A stretch of 62,859 nt of DNA, filler included, from Stramenopiles sp. TOSAG23-2 (GCA_900128395.1; 32 parts of 32 records of this genome joined end to end with filler, not necessarily neighbours in it); one strand, 5' to 3'. Positions 1 through 11,880 are shown, numbered from the whole stretch's first letter. A program made the numbers and translations. Notes: generated by a model not told the origin, from the letters alone.

Positions 1-890
1 GAAATAATCTATCTCACACAAGTGTGTTGATATTCTCATAATCGAAAATACCAATATATTATATATAGTACGACGTATTGTACATAATACCATTATTTTA
101 GTAAATGGTAAATGGTACGAGGGTACGGAGTACGGACGCTCATACGGTAGCATTCATGCAAGTAATTACATACCTTTTGGATAGCATGTATATGATATAT
201 AATCGATAATTTGATACAAAAATTGTGACTAAATGAAGTAGGAGAGCTGGGAATATAACAAATATATAAAATTTTTACAACAGGACCTTTCACTTTGACA
301 GCCTCACCGTTGTCGAATGAGCCCGGCGTCCAGCGCGTTCAACGAGTGCGCACGGAAGGATAGAAACCTACTTGTGCTTGTAGAGTATTAGTTTGCAGAG
401 GTGCATTAGAGCTTTACTCTATAGTAGGATAACATATTATTCTTGCGATTGAGTATTGAGCATATTACTTAACACGAGAAGTGTAAAATTATTATAACTT
501 AGATTTTAACCATCATTTATTAAAATATTGAAGTTAAATATTATATATTGAATAAGAACGTTTTTAAACAAACAGGATTAACGCGATAACGCACACAATT
601 ACATCAAACGTCATCTCTCCCTCCCACGCAAATCACCACATCACACAATAATTTTATAAGCTCAAAATATGACAGTACGACGTATATAACCACACACAGA
701 TATTGAGTTTCAAAATCATCTGTATGATTATTTCTCTTCATCATCCATAACCTTTCCTGATTTAAAAAAAAAAAAAACAAAACAACACGATGTATACCAT
801 CACACACACACGAGATCGTATATACCAAACACTCTAGTAAACATCAATCACTTCTGCTCTTTTCTTCCCCCCCCCTCTGCTTTTTTCTTT

Positions 891-1882
891 TCACGGTTCA
901 CGCCAAAATTCTTTACTTAAATGTGCAAATGTTGGTGCACCAAAAAATGCAGTTAATTTTAATTGTGGTGGTACATAACCAAATCGTTTACGAATACTAT
1001 CAATTAATGTATCGACATATTTTTCTAATTCTTTTGTTTGTCCACTCATTGCTTTTTTCAATGTTTTATTTTCCTCTTTGATACGATCCATTTGTATTTG
1101 CATACCATTTAATTCAATATTTAAATCACGATTAACATTTTGTGATTCTTCCAATTCGTTACTTAAACGTTCTATTGATGATGTTTGCGATGATAATAAA
1201 TCAGATAAATTAGCATTTTGTATCACTTGTTGTTCTAAACGTTGATTTAATTCCTCATATGATTGTTTTGCAGCATCTATATCAGCTTGTTTCGATGCAA
1301 TGATTTTCTCTACGTTTCCAATGATATTAGTTGCAACAATTTCAGCTTGTTTCACAACATCTTTAATACTTCCACCACCAACAGATTCTTTTAACATGGA
1401 ACGTACTTCTTCCTCTGCATTTAATGCTGCATATGCAGCACGATCACCAATTGGCATATTCATTTTCTCCGCTTTACCAGCTAATTCTATTTTTTTACAC
1501 ATTTCCATACATTTCACAAATAGATATTCTTGTGCTAATAATTTCATACGTGTATAATCATGTTCATTTTGCTCTGTTGTTAAACGTTTCGATAATTTAC
1601 CTTTTTCTTTATCTTTTACATTGATTTGTCCACGATATACTTGTATAGCAGCTTTTGCTTTGCCTAATTTATATTTCATTGGACCAAATGATGCACTCCA
1701 ATTGGTAATTTGATCACCTGCATTCACAGTATCTGTACCACGTGGATAACCTTTAATAGATGTTGATGGATCCCATTTAATCATCATTTTATTACTTTTT
1801 GATGATGTATTTCCTTTTTTTCTACGTTTTTTTAAACGACGACGTTTTGTACTGCGTTTTTTCTTTGTTCTATTTTCACCAT
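891..1882 (-). CDS. Coiled-coil protein, 5'-partial, with a basic NLS-like stretch (KKRSTKRRRLKKRRKKG)
   Basis: 298-aa ORF whose frame stays open towards the contig edge; heptad-rich C-terminal half. Confidence 0.7.
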
Positions 1883-1982
1883 NNNNNNNNNNNNNNNNNN
1901 NNNNNNNNNNNNNNNNNNNNNNNNNNTTAATTAATTAANNNNNNNNNNNNNNNNNNNNNNNNNNNNNNNNNNNNNNNNNNNN
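1883..1982. other. Artificial contig linker N44-TTAATTAATTAA-N44 (first of 31; others start at 3865, 5846, 7825, 9803, 11781, 13758, 15734, 17708, 19679, 21650, 23620, 25590, 27558, 29526, 31493, 33459, 35425, 37389, 39353, 41316, 43278, 45240, 47201, 49162, 51121, 53079, 55037, 56994, 58950, 60905)
   Basis: Identical 100-bp spacer recurring about every 1.96-1.98 kb; the 12-mer has stops in all six frames; contig lengths decrease along the window. Confidence 0.99.
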
Positions 1983-2754
1983 ATGATGTAAAAAAAATGG
2001 ATTGATTTACATCTGTGCCAATAGTTGTTTTCATTTGTTCATATAAAAGCCAATATAATGCGGAAAATGGGACATCTCTCCACAATGTTGGTGACAAGCC
2101 ACGCCATAATGATGTGAAACCACCTTTTTTTACAATACTTCTAAATTTTTTAACAATACCTTCTGAGGCATCCGTTGCACTTGATTGCATTTGTGTTCGA
2201 ATTAATTCGAATGGCGCTACAATTGTACCTGAAACTACTCGAGCTGCACCTCCAGCAACTATTGCTGAGGTACTCATGGAAAAATTATAAGACGGCAATA
2301 TATTGTGACAAAATTCATCATATAACACCATATATATCATTGTATTAGGTATGGCCATTAAAAGTGTTGGTGCAAGTCCATCCCACAGTGCAGCCACGCC
2401 TTCTGTGCGGACAATTCTATTCATTACCGCAAACATGCTCGAGTTGGGACTTATCGAATGCTTTAATGCTTCACTTGAAAAATGTGCACAATATGATTTA
2501 TGAAATACATGTTCCATTAACCCATTACTAAAAGTATAGTGTGAACATGTTTTACATGCTCCAGGGCTTACACCAGCACGTACAACTGTCGTGCTACTTT
2601 CTGCGACAGCTTGTAGCCGAACCTTCACTACATCTAGCGGAGTTACAACCAATGTTGTTATGATAGAACCGACACAAGCCGACACCATCTTGGCAAGAAT
2701 TCTAGCTTTCCCAGCTTTTCTATTATCAATATTATTATTATTTTCACTAGTCAT
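1983..2754 (-). CDS. SLC25A39/40: Mirror copy of the SLC25A39/40-like carrier (other arm of the palindrome, probably artefactual)
   Basis: Reverse complement of 3093-3864. Confidence 0.5.
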
Positions 2755-2903
2755 CGGCGAAGTAGCATATATATTTTTGTTGTATTTATTATAAAAATTA
2801 TTGTGATGATATGAATATAGTACAGTATTATTATTATTATTTCTCATATTATTTTTCAATATGGGACAAAGTGGTAGATACATATTCATCTTTTCCTCTA
2901 CTA

Positions 2904-2943
<40 letters not shown>

Positions 2944-3092
2944 TAGTAGAGGAAAAGATGAATATGTATCTACCACTTTGTCCCATATTGAAAAATAATA
3001 TGAGAAATAATAATAATAATACTGTACTATATTCATATCATCACAATAATTTTTATAATAAATACAACAAAAATATATATGCTACTTCGCCG

Positions 3093-3864
3093 ATGACTAG
3101 TGAAAATAATAATAATATTGATAATAGAAAAGCTGGGAAAGCTAGAATTCTTGCCAAGATGGTGTCGGCTTGTGTCGGTTCTATCATAACAACATTGGTT
3201 GTAACTCCGCTAGATGTAGTGAAGGTTCGGCTACAAGCTGTCGCAGAAAGTAGCACGACAGTTGTACGTGCTGGTGTAAGCCCTGGAGCATGTAAAACAT
3301 GTTCACACTATACTTTTAGTAATGGGTTAATGGAACATGTATTTCATAAATCATATTGTGCACATTTTTCAAGTGAAGCATTAAAGCATTCGATAAGTCC
3401 CAACTCGAGCATGTTTGCGGTAATGAATAGAATTGTCCGCACAGAAGGCGTGGCTGCACTGTGGGATGGACTTGCACCAACACTTTTAATGGCCATACCT
3501 AATACAATGATATATATGGTGTTATATGATGAATTTTGTCACAATATATTGCCGTCTTATAATTTTTCCATGAGTACCTCAGCAATAGTTGCTGGAGGTG
3601 CAGCTCGAGTAGTTTCAGGTACAATTGTAGCGCCATTCGAATTAATTCGAACACAAATGCAATCAAGTGCAACGGATGCCTCAGAAGGTATTGTTAAAAA
3701 ATTTAGAAGTATTGTAAAAAAAGGTGGTTTCACATCATTATGGCGTGGCTTGTCACCAACATTGTGGAGAGATGTCCCATTTTCCGCATTATATTGGCTT
3801 TTATATGAACAAATGAAAACAACTATTGGCACAGATGTAAATCAATCCATTTTTTTTACATCAT
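3093..3864 (+). CDS. SLC25A39/40: Mitochondrial carrier, SLC25A39/40 (Mtm1)-like, 3'-partial
   Basis: Carrier motifs PLDVVKVRLQ and PFELIRTQMQ; LWDGLAPTLLMAIP and PTLWRDVPFSALYW are typical of this subfamily; Cys/His loop in repeat 1. Start at 3093 preferred over 2958. Confidence 0.88.
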
Positions 3865-4149
3865 NNNNNNNNNNNNNNNNNNNNNNNNNNNNNNNNNNNN
3901 NNNNNNNNTTAATTAATTAANNNNNNNNNNNNNNNNNNNNNNNNNNNNNNNNNNNNNNNNNNNNCTCAGGCACCTTCCCTGAGGTCACATTCAACGGGAT
4001 TTCTGGCTAGGTAGTGGTATACCCATGCTATAAATAGGATACATACAGCATTAAAACCACTATTTTTAAGGATAACACCTGTAAAAACCATACATTTTAC
4101 TGTCTGTAATGCGATTCACACATATACATCCATATGAAAATTGAAGGAT

Positions 4150-4235
4150 TGATAAATTATATATATATTTATAATATGATGATTTAAAGCATTACGTCGC
4201 TTAAACTGTTTGCCACAGTATGGGCAATTCGGCAT
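4150..4235 (-). pseudogene. Isolated, degenerate C2H2-like zinc-finger fragment (MPNCPYCGKQFKRRNALNHHI)
   Basis: CxxC-x3-F-x5-L-x2-H pattern; the second ligand His is not clearly present. Confidence 0.4.
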
Positions 4236-4860
4236 ATTTTTATTTGTTAATAAATGAAAGTATTTGTTTTTGATTTGAAAGTAAAAATTTTGATTCGTCA
4301 TAAGTTGTTGTCGGTTGTTGCAAGTTGTTTTGCGTATCTTTCTATATTTGAATTGAAAATGTGTGTATATATATATCATCACATAGATTACATTCTATTT
4401 TTATTGTCACATAGATCAATGAAAAAGATGCGGTTATTCGGCCAATTACCTATATAATTAAGTACTGCTGTTGTACACTAAGGTGTTTTGATCAGGTCTC
4501 TAGTTAGACAAGATCAAGTTTTGTAAGGATAGTTCATCCTGTGTGTATGCTATACATAATAACACACATAACAATGGGGAAAACCTGTGAAAATCGAGGA
4601 AATGGTCTAAAAATAATTGGAAATATGTGCTTGATACCATATTTCATGTGAAATTATGCGGATATAAATATTATTTTTCTAATTTAAGGTCATTTTGATC
4701 ATTTAGTAGGATAATATTATTGCTTTAAAGAGAAATATTTTAACACTTGAAAATTTAATATGAACGTTGGAAAAATGTACATATTAGAGAAAATTTACCC
4801 ATTTTCAAATTCAAATGTGCGGATATATTAATAATTAATAGAATAAATGGAAATATACGC

Positions 4861-4991
4861 AATTCGTCAAATCCACTTTCCCAACCTTTTTATTGTATAT
4901 TTTCGTCAGGGATTCAATGGGGGGCAGCCCCCCATTGTAATCCTTCTTTTCTTTTTAAATTTGGAGCACAGGAAAGTGGTTTTGACGAATT
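4861..4991. mobile_element. 131-bp symmetric element: 21-bp terminal inverted repeats around a central GC hairpin (MITE-like)
   Basis: AATTCGTCAAATCCACTTTCC (4861-4881) matches the reverse complement of 4971-4991 at 20/21; hairpin GGATT-CAATGGGGGG-CAG-CCCCCCATTG-T-AATCC (4910-4943) sits exactly at the centre. Confidence 0.6.
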
Positions 4992-5082
4992 TGGCCATTA
5001 ATATGCAAGATATATGCAAGACATTACAATAGTCTGCTGTTATAAATAAAAAATAAACCGTGTTACTATGGGAAAATATTAC

Positions 5083-5278
5083 TTATTCTCGTCAAATATG
5101 CTCCTTAATCAAAAAATATCCAGGGAAGGTGCCAGAGTATTAATCATCGCACCATATGCTGTGGCATGCTGGGCATGCCCAGCATGTGGCATGTGCCCAT
5201 CATCAATTTTTTTTTTTTTTTTTTATTCTCGTCAAATATGCTCCTTAATCAAAAAATATCCAGGGAAGGTGCCAGAGT
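5083..5278. repeat. 56-bp direct repeat (5083-5138, 5223-5278) flanking a perfect 22-bp palindrome (5165-5186)
   Basis: TTATTCTCGTCAAATATGCTCC...GTGCCAGAGT occurs twice; CATGCTGGGCATGCCCAGCATG is self-complementary. Confidence 0.9.
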
Positions 5279-6743
5279 TATTGTCCCCAGCAGAGAGAGA
5301 TCTATGGAGATCCCGGCTTTCCACTGGCCTTGCTGGCTTGGCCTGTGGATGATTTGAGATGATATTCTAATCCCTTTCAAGTATAAATTATTGACAATTT
5401 GATAGGTAGGCATAAATGAAATTTTGGAAAATCTTTCTTTTACTTTTCTTTTTCTTTGGCAACCTTAAATCCTTTGCAAAATCCGTAAAAATTTCTAATG
5501 GTGCATGGCATAGACATAACACTAAGTACAATGGGGATTAGGTATCATACTATTACATACCACCAGTGGTAGCCAGGTAGCTCTAGCCGGGCTAGCAGCT
5601 TCTAATCTCAGTCAGGCCGTCACGTACCGTTACCGTGCTTGTCGTATAATATTTAAACAGATTTTTTAATAATTTAAGGACATCATGACGACATCAATCT
5701 TCTTTTTTTTTATATAATAATAATAGAGCGAGCTACCTGGTGCACTGGTGGTGGTGGAATATAGCACAATAGTAATAAAATTTATTATTATAACTGCAAT
5801 AATTTCATCTATTTTTATATATATGTACAGACATAGATATACAATNNNNNNNNNNNNNNNNNNNNNNNNNNNNNNNNNNNNNNNNNNNNTTAATTAATTA
5901 ANNNNNNNNNNNNNNNNNNNNNNNNNNNNNNNNNNNNNNNNNNNNAATATAATATCTTGTTTTTGATCGATTTACTACTCTGCGTAATATGCATATATAT
6001 ATATCTGTATTTTGGATGAAGATGTGTGTGACTGTACACGTATACACAGATGTAGATAAATCTTTTCTAACATTATACAACTTGTATCTTCTTGCTGGCT
6101 TGGATCTTATTCATTTTTATTTTTTTGTTGTTGTTGTTTGTGCTGCTTTTTTATTTTGTTGGTGTTAGTGTTGTGTGGTTTATTGTTTGTTTTGCATTAA
6201 TAATATTGAACATAAAATTCCATTATTTTTATGTTCACTACTTGTATCGTTTAATTGTACATCACTTTCATATACTGTATATAATAATAGAATTTATATC
6301 TGTTAAAATACAATAATTAGATATAAATTATCTAATATCCGAATTAGTCTAGTATCGCGATGGCACACCTCCAATCATACCAGCATACCAGCATACCAGC
6401 ATACTGTACTGCAGTATATACTAATACTGTGCTGTATCAAATACATAGTATAATATAATACCTCTCGGTATGCCAGTATGTAGGAGCTAAGCCAGTATTA
6501 ATAAGAAGCGATGATAATAATATAAAAAAAAAAAGAAAAAATGTCATGCAAATCATCATATTCTAATAATAATAAATAAAGTAAATATATGGTACTGCAC
6601 AACGAAAGACGAGTAAAAAAACAAAGATAAAATCTTATTCTCAACCATTTTAAATGCAATTAAGTCATATTATTTTAAATAATTTAATTAAAAGAAAGCA
6701 AATTACTAGAAAAGTGTATCGTTCTATTTATTGTTACAAAAAA

Positions 6744-7792
6744 ATGGCATCAATAACAACAGAAACTAATAGTCAACAATTAGAAGAAGAAGAAGAAGAA
6801 AATACTACTACTACCGCTACAACAATAGATTCAACCAAACCATTGTAAAGAAGAAGAAAATACTACTACTACCGCTACAACAATAGATTCAACCAAACCA
6901 TTGTATCTGGAAGATACATATTTATTTGAAAAAAAAGATGTTAAATTTATCGAAGTTCGCATGGTAGGGGAAGATGAATCGAAGTTAGAAACTGTGGTTA
7001 TCACTGAATCGACTATCTTTCATCCGCAAGGTGGTGGGCAACCATCTGATACCGGGATTATGAAACAAGGAGATAGTGTTGAATTCAAAGTTTCAAAAGT
7101 ATCTAAAGCTGGTTTATTTGAGAATAATTTAATATACCATTTTGGTGAGTTTACGTCCGAAACAAAAACATTTGATGTGGAAAAACCAATTTATCAAATT
7201 GTAAACGAAGAACAAAGAAGGCGAAATGCCCGTGTACATTCTGCTGGCCATTTGCTTGACCAAGCAATGCGACGAGCTGGTAAAGGAGATATGATAGGAA
7301 CAAAAGGTTTCCACTTCCCTGCTGGATCCTATGTTGAATTTCTAGGCTCTGTTCCAGCAGAAGAAAGACCACAATTAATAATTGATTTACAAAAACATTG
7401 TGATGCTTTAATTGGAGAATCAATTGATACGATTGTAAAACATGTACAAGATGAAAAAGAATTATGTGATAGTTGTCTACCAGGGAGTAGTGATGGTGCA
7501 ATTGGTAGATTGGAAGATGGACCTGTGTAAGTAAATTTTATTTTTTCAATGACTCCTATATATATACAGTATATAGATTATTTCGTTTGTGATGATAGAA
7601 ATTACTTTCTAACCCAACCACACTGTTTTTTAATATACGCTTGATAGACGTGTTGTAATTGTCGGTGGTGACAAAGGTTGTCCTTGTGGTGGTACTCATG
7701 TGAAAAACACAAATGAAATTAAAAAAATGACCGTTAGAAAATTGAAAGTGAAGAAAGGAAGAACAAAAATAAGTTACGATGTAGAACCGTAG
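6744..7792 (+). CDS. alaX: Freestanding alanyl-tRNA editing protein AlaX; exons 6744-7526 and 7648-7792; frame broken near the 5' end by a 59-bp tandem duplication
   Basis: LYLEDTY, TIFHPQGGGQPSDTG, HSAGH (HxxxH) and exon-2 CPCGGTH (CxxxH). GTAAGT..TTCTAAC..TAG intron at 7527-7647 restores the frame. Confidence 0.92.
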
Positions 7793-7924
7793 AGAGGTAA
7801 AGGTGTTTGTTGTTTTATCATATANNNNNNNNNNNNNNNNNNNNNNNNNNNNNNNNNNNNNNNNNNNNTTAATTAATTAANNNNNNNNNNNNNNNNNNNN
7901 NNNNNNNNNNNNNNNNNNNNNNNN

Positions 7925-9802
7925 TTGTTTGTTTTTAATCCTTCACCAATACTTTGTACATCAGTAATATTATTATGACTTAGGTTCAATATCTCTAATG
8001 TATTGTTTGTTTCTAATCCTTCACCAATACTTTGTACATCAGTAATATTATTATCATATAGTCTCAATGATGTTAATGTATCGTTTGTTTTTAACAATTC
8101 ACCAATAGCTAATGCATCCTCATCCGTGAGATTTTTTCCATGCAAATCCACTTCCGTCTTTGTACCAATCTCCTGTTTCCATTTAATATATGCAGCACTC
8201 TTTTTCTTATCTACTACTTCTTCTACTAGCTTTTCTTTTAGTGCACGATTTTTATCATTCTGCATATTCCTTTTTTCGTTATTGTTGTTATTATCATTAT
8301 CATGTTGTTCATCTGATTCTGTCAGTTCTCGATACAACTTGCTTGTTCTCGATACAACTTGCAACTTTATTTTCTCAAATTCAATATTATCAAAACATGT
8401 CTGTTCTGGTATTTTTAGTGAAGAATTCAAGGTGTTATCAGCGATTTCTCGTTCACCATGATCTTGATCCACATGATCAACATGTATCACCTTCTTCAAT
8501 TTACGCTCGGCACTATCTTGTATAGTATGCAATTCAATTGAATTATTACTATTTTGAGTTAAAACTGCATCTTTTTTTTTTCCTACCTTCTTTTCAAAAC
8601 CTGTAAGCAATACTTGTTTCTTGCTTTCCATTTCTAATTTTTTCTTATTATCGTTGAATTTTGTACCTTGGCCAATATCGGTAAACCAGCCGCCTTGCAT
8701 AGGTTCTGTTACTATAGCCACTAATTGCTTTGCTCTAGTTACGGAACGATAAATGATCGATTTATCATATTCCAATGTATCTTTCATCTCATCCAATTCT
8801 CGTTCGAATCCAACAAGAACCGCTACATCATATTCCAACCCATCTTGATTTGTGATGGTATCAACTACTAATTGAATAGGTGCACGTCGTTTTTTAAATT
8901 GTGGAAATGTACTAAACATTGTCTCTGCATTTATAATGTTAAAATCAAATGTTTCATCGTCATTCATCTTTGCTTTCAGTTTATTTTGAAAATCATCATT
9001 GTTAAAATGTTGGTGATCATTATTATCAGGCAATATTATCGAGACACGGTTGTCTAGACCAAGAAACGATTCTCTCCTATTACAAATTTTGTCTACGGCA
9101 TAATCTAAGGCGATGGCTGTTTGTTCAACATATTGATCTAATATATCTTCATTTTCATTTTCTCGTTTCACGACAAAAAATTTAACCGCATCACCATATT
9201 TATCATTTGCACACTTTGCTATTTCATCACGTTTTCTAAATAGATTCGATGACATTGTTATTCTCTTTGTCGATCGTATTACATCAATAAGTTTTATATT
9301 GAGTAGTTTTTTGGCATCACGACGAGTAATGTAGTTTATATTCACCTCTATGGCATTCATTCTTACAGGATTTTGCGATAAATCTGAGAGAATAATTCGC
9401 TGTTTTGCTTTAGAAAAGTGATTCTCCCGTATTTCTTCCCAAATCGGATCCTCTCCGTCTATCATATGATGTGCTTCGTCAACAACAAAAAGCTCATATT
9501 TGTCAACTATTTTTCTAATGTTTACAAATTCTAAGCTCACTACATCGTCCTTCAAAAGTTTAAATTGCAATTGTTTTGGTGTTGCACCTATGTCTTTAGT
9601 GCAAAAATGAATGCAATTTAATATCGTTCCAGGATCCACTATACTGTTAACTTCCCCTTTGCTTTCGTTATCAGTGTATAAAATAGGATCTTTACTCAAT
9701 ATACGTATAAGTATCCACCTTGCCAGAAACATAGCAAGACTATTTTTCAAGGGTGGAGGAGAAGGGGTTTGAGCGTCCTTTAGGACGCCCAAATTCCTGG
9801 CA
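7925..9802 (-). CDS. Superfamily-1 helicase (UvrD/Schlafen-like C-terminal motifs) fused to RI-like leucine-rich repeats; partial at both ends
   Basis: VVDEAHH (motif II), ILSDLSQ (III), VIRST (IV), TITNQDGLEYDVAVLVG (V), IYRSVTRAKQLVAIV (VI); then a linker and 26-aa LRRs (LTSLRLYDNNITDVQSIGEGLETN). Confidence 0.8.
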
Positions 9803-9902
9803 NNNNNNNNNNNNNNNNNNNNNNNNNNNNNNNNNNNNNNNNNNNNTTAATTAATTAANNNNNNNNNNNNNNNNNNNNNNNNNNNNNNNNNNNNNNNNNN
9901 NN

Positions 9903-10068
9903 TTGCACCTTTCTTTGGTTGTACCGACGCTTGATGGCGATACATTTTTGCTGCTACAACTGCGACATTTTCACCTTCCCGTAAATTAGTTTTACTACGT
10001 ATATCCAATGCAGAGGTATTACATGCAATCGTTGCCGCAACGATTAATAATAATTTATATGCAAACAT
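9903..10068 (-). CDS. Secreted protein N-terminus, 3'-partial
   Basis: Signal-peptide-like MFAYKLLLIVAATIACNTSA; ORF runs off the contig. Confidence 0.55.
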
Positions 10069-10599
10069 ATTTTCCTTTTATATATATATATATGTTTCTC
10101 TCTCTGTATTATATCTTATTGAATAATACGAACATATATATTATACATACGTGTATGATCATGACAATTCATATGCAACTGCTGTAGACACTGTTTTCTA
10201 ACTGTATATTAGAAATTATATACCAGTCCCCCCCTCCGTTTTAATAACATCACATCGTCCCATCCATTTTTGTTTCCTTCCTCACAAAATGCACAAATTC
10301 TAATAACATGCAATACCATTAGTGTCTTCAAAATTTCGTCTTAGAGCTCAAGAGGATAAAATGGAGGAGGAACTAGAACACCATGAAAGTGGACCATTTA
10401 TATTTATCGGGTATTTAATGTTTTGATCGATCGAAGAAATATTTGAATATTTGGGAATTTAATCAACAAAAATATCCACACCAATTATTCTCCTCTCCAT
10501 GATGAAAATAATACATATGATAATAATGTATTTATGAAAGTAAGAATGCAAAGAGAGACGACAGGAGAGGAATGGTAGATACATCGAAAGGAAGACCAG

Positions 10600-10953
10600 A
10601 TGAGTGAACTGAATCAATATGGAAAAGTCAAAAAAGGAGGGCTGAAATTAAAAGGTGGATTGTCGTTATCACACGATAAGACGAAGAAAAAAAAGAAAAA
10701 AAAGAAAAAGAAAAGAAAAAGAAATGAGGAGGAAGATGTAAAAAAAAATAGTGATAAAACAAATGTAAGAAAAGATTATAGAACACCAGCAGAGAAAGAA
10801 TATGATGAAAAAAATGAAGCGCGTGAATTGGAAAGGTTAAAAAAAATGGCAAAACTAACACATAGAGAAACAATCGATCAATACAATAATTATTTAGCAA
10901 GTCTATCTGAGCATCACGATGTCCCAAAAGTAGGTAATGCAGGAATGGGTTAA
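10600..10953 (+). CDS. FAM32A: FAM32A (DUF1754) family nuclear protein
   Basis: GGLKLKG, poly-Lys, TPAE, THRETIDQYNNYLASLSEHHDVPKVG. Confidence 0.9.
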   Translation: MSELNQYGKVKKGGLKLKGGLSLSHDKTKKKKKKKKKKRKRNEEEDVKKNSDKTNVRKDYRTPAEKEYDEKNEARELERLKKMAKLTHRETIDQYNNYLASLSEHHDVPKVGNAGMG

Positions 10954-11145
10954 TGTATATTAAATAATATTAATATATCGTTTTATATTTAATATATATA
11001 TTTAAATTTTATCATACACATCATATTTTATTTAAAATAAAATACGAATATATTATAAAAATTAAACGATAAAAATAACTAGAGATGATAACATATATGA
11101 GTTTTTTTATATTTTACTTTATTTTTTCCCTTTTTTTTTCCAAAC

Positions 11146-11780
11146 TCATCTCATATCATTTCGTCGATGTTTACGAATATTACGAATAGCATTTTTAAAT
11201 ATTGGATCAATTTTTGATTCGTCACTTTCTTTCATCCATAAATCCATACCAATATTATAACATTCAGAACATATAAAATGCGGATATATCTTACATCCTG
11301 TATGCGATTTACAAAAATATTTTTGACATTTGCGATAACAGTCCTGCTCGTTACCATTCTTACCACCATATGGTCTATAAAATGTACCTTTTAAACCTAT
11401 GCATCTATTAAAAGAAAAATAAAGTTGACTTTTTGTACAACCAGCAATTTGACACCTTCTAGAACTATTTTTATTCTTAGTAGTAGTACTATTATTATTA
11501 TTAATGCTAGTTACGGTTTCTATCCTAATTTCTGGTTGGTTATCATTGGAATCATCCAACTGATCTGCATTTGCTAAATCTTGACCCAATTCTGTTGTAG
11601 GAGCAACAAGTTGAAGTGTTTTTGCAGATCTTTTTAACATATCAATTACCATCTTTCTTCCTTCAGGCTTAGTATATAAATAATAGATCGTAGTGCCTGC
11701 TACACAAACAACGTAATAATAAATATAAAGCCATACAACTGCATCCTTCAGAGCATTAAAAAAATTCAAGATATTGTCAA
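11146..11780 (-). CDS. Membrane-anchored Cys-rich protein of unknown function, probably 5'-partial
   Basis: 207-aa ORF with an N-terminal hydrophobic helix and a Cys/His cluster (CxxCxxxFCxxH...CSEC). Confidence 0.6.
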
Positions 11781-11880
11781 NNNNNNNNNNNNNNNNNNNN
11801 NNNNNNNNNNNNNNNNNNNNNNNNTTAATTAATTAANNNNNNNNNNNNNNNNNNNNNNNNNNNNNNNNNNNNNNNNNNNN

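Larger units (their letters stand above)
1983..3864. repeat. Whole-contig inverted repeat (fold-back) centred on an (AT)n tract at about 2907-2940
   Basis: Left arm is the reverse complement of the right arm; identical 320-aa ORFs on both strands. Confidence 0.98.

Noticed and set aside
282-370. HDV-like ribozyme or tRNA call for the GC island
   Set aside because: Could not build the P1/P2/P3 pairings or a cloverleaf; kept only as an unclassified candidate
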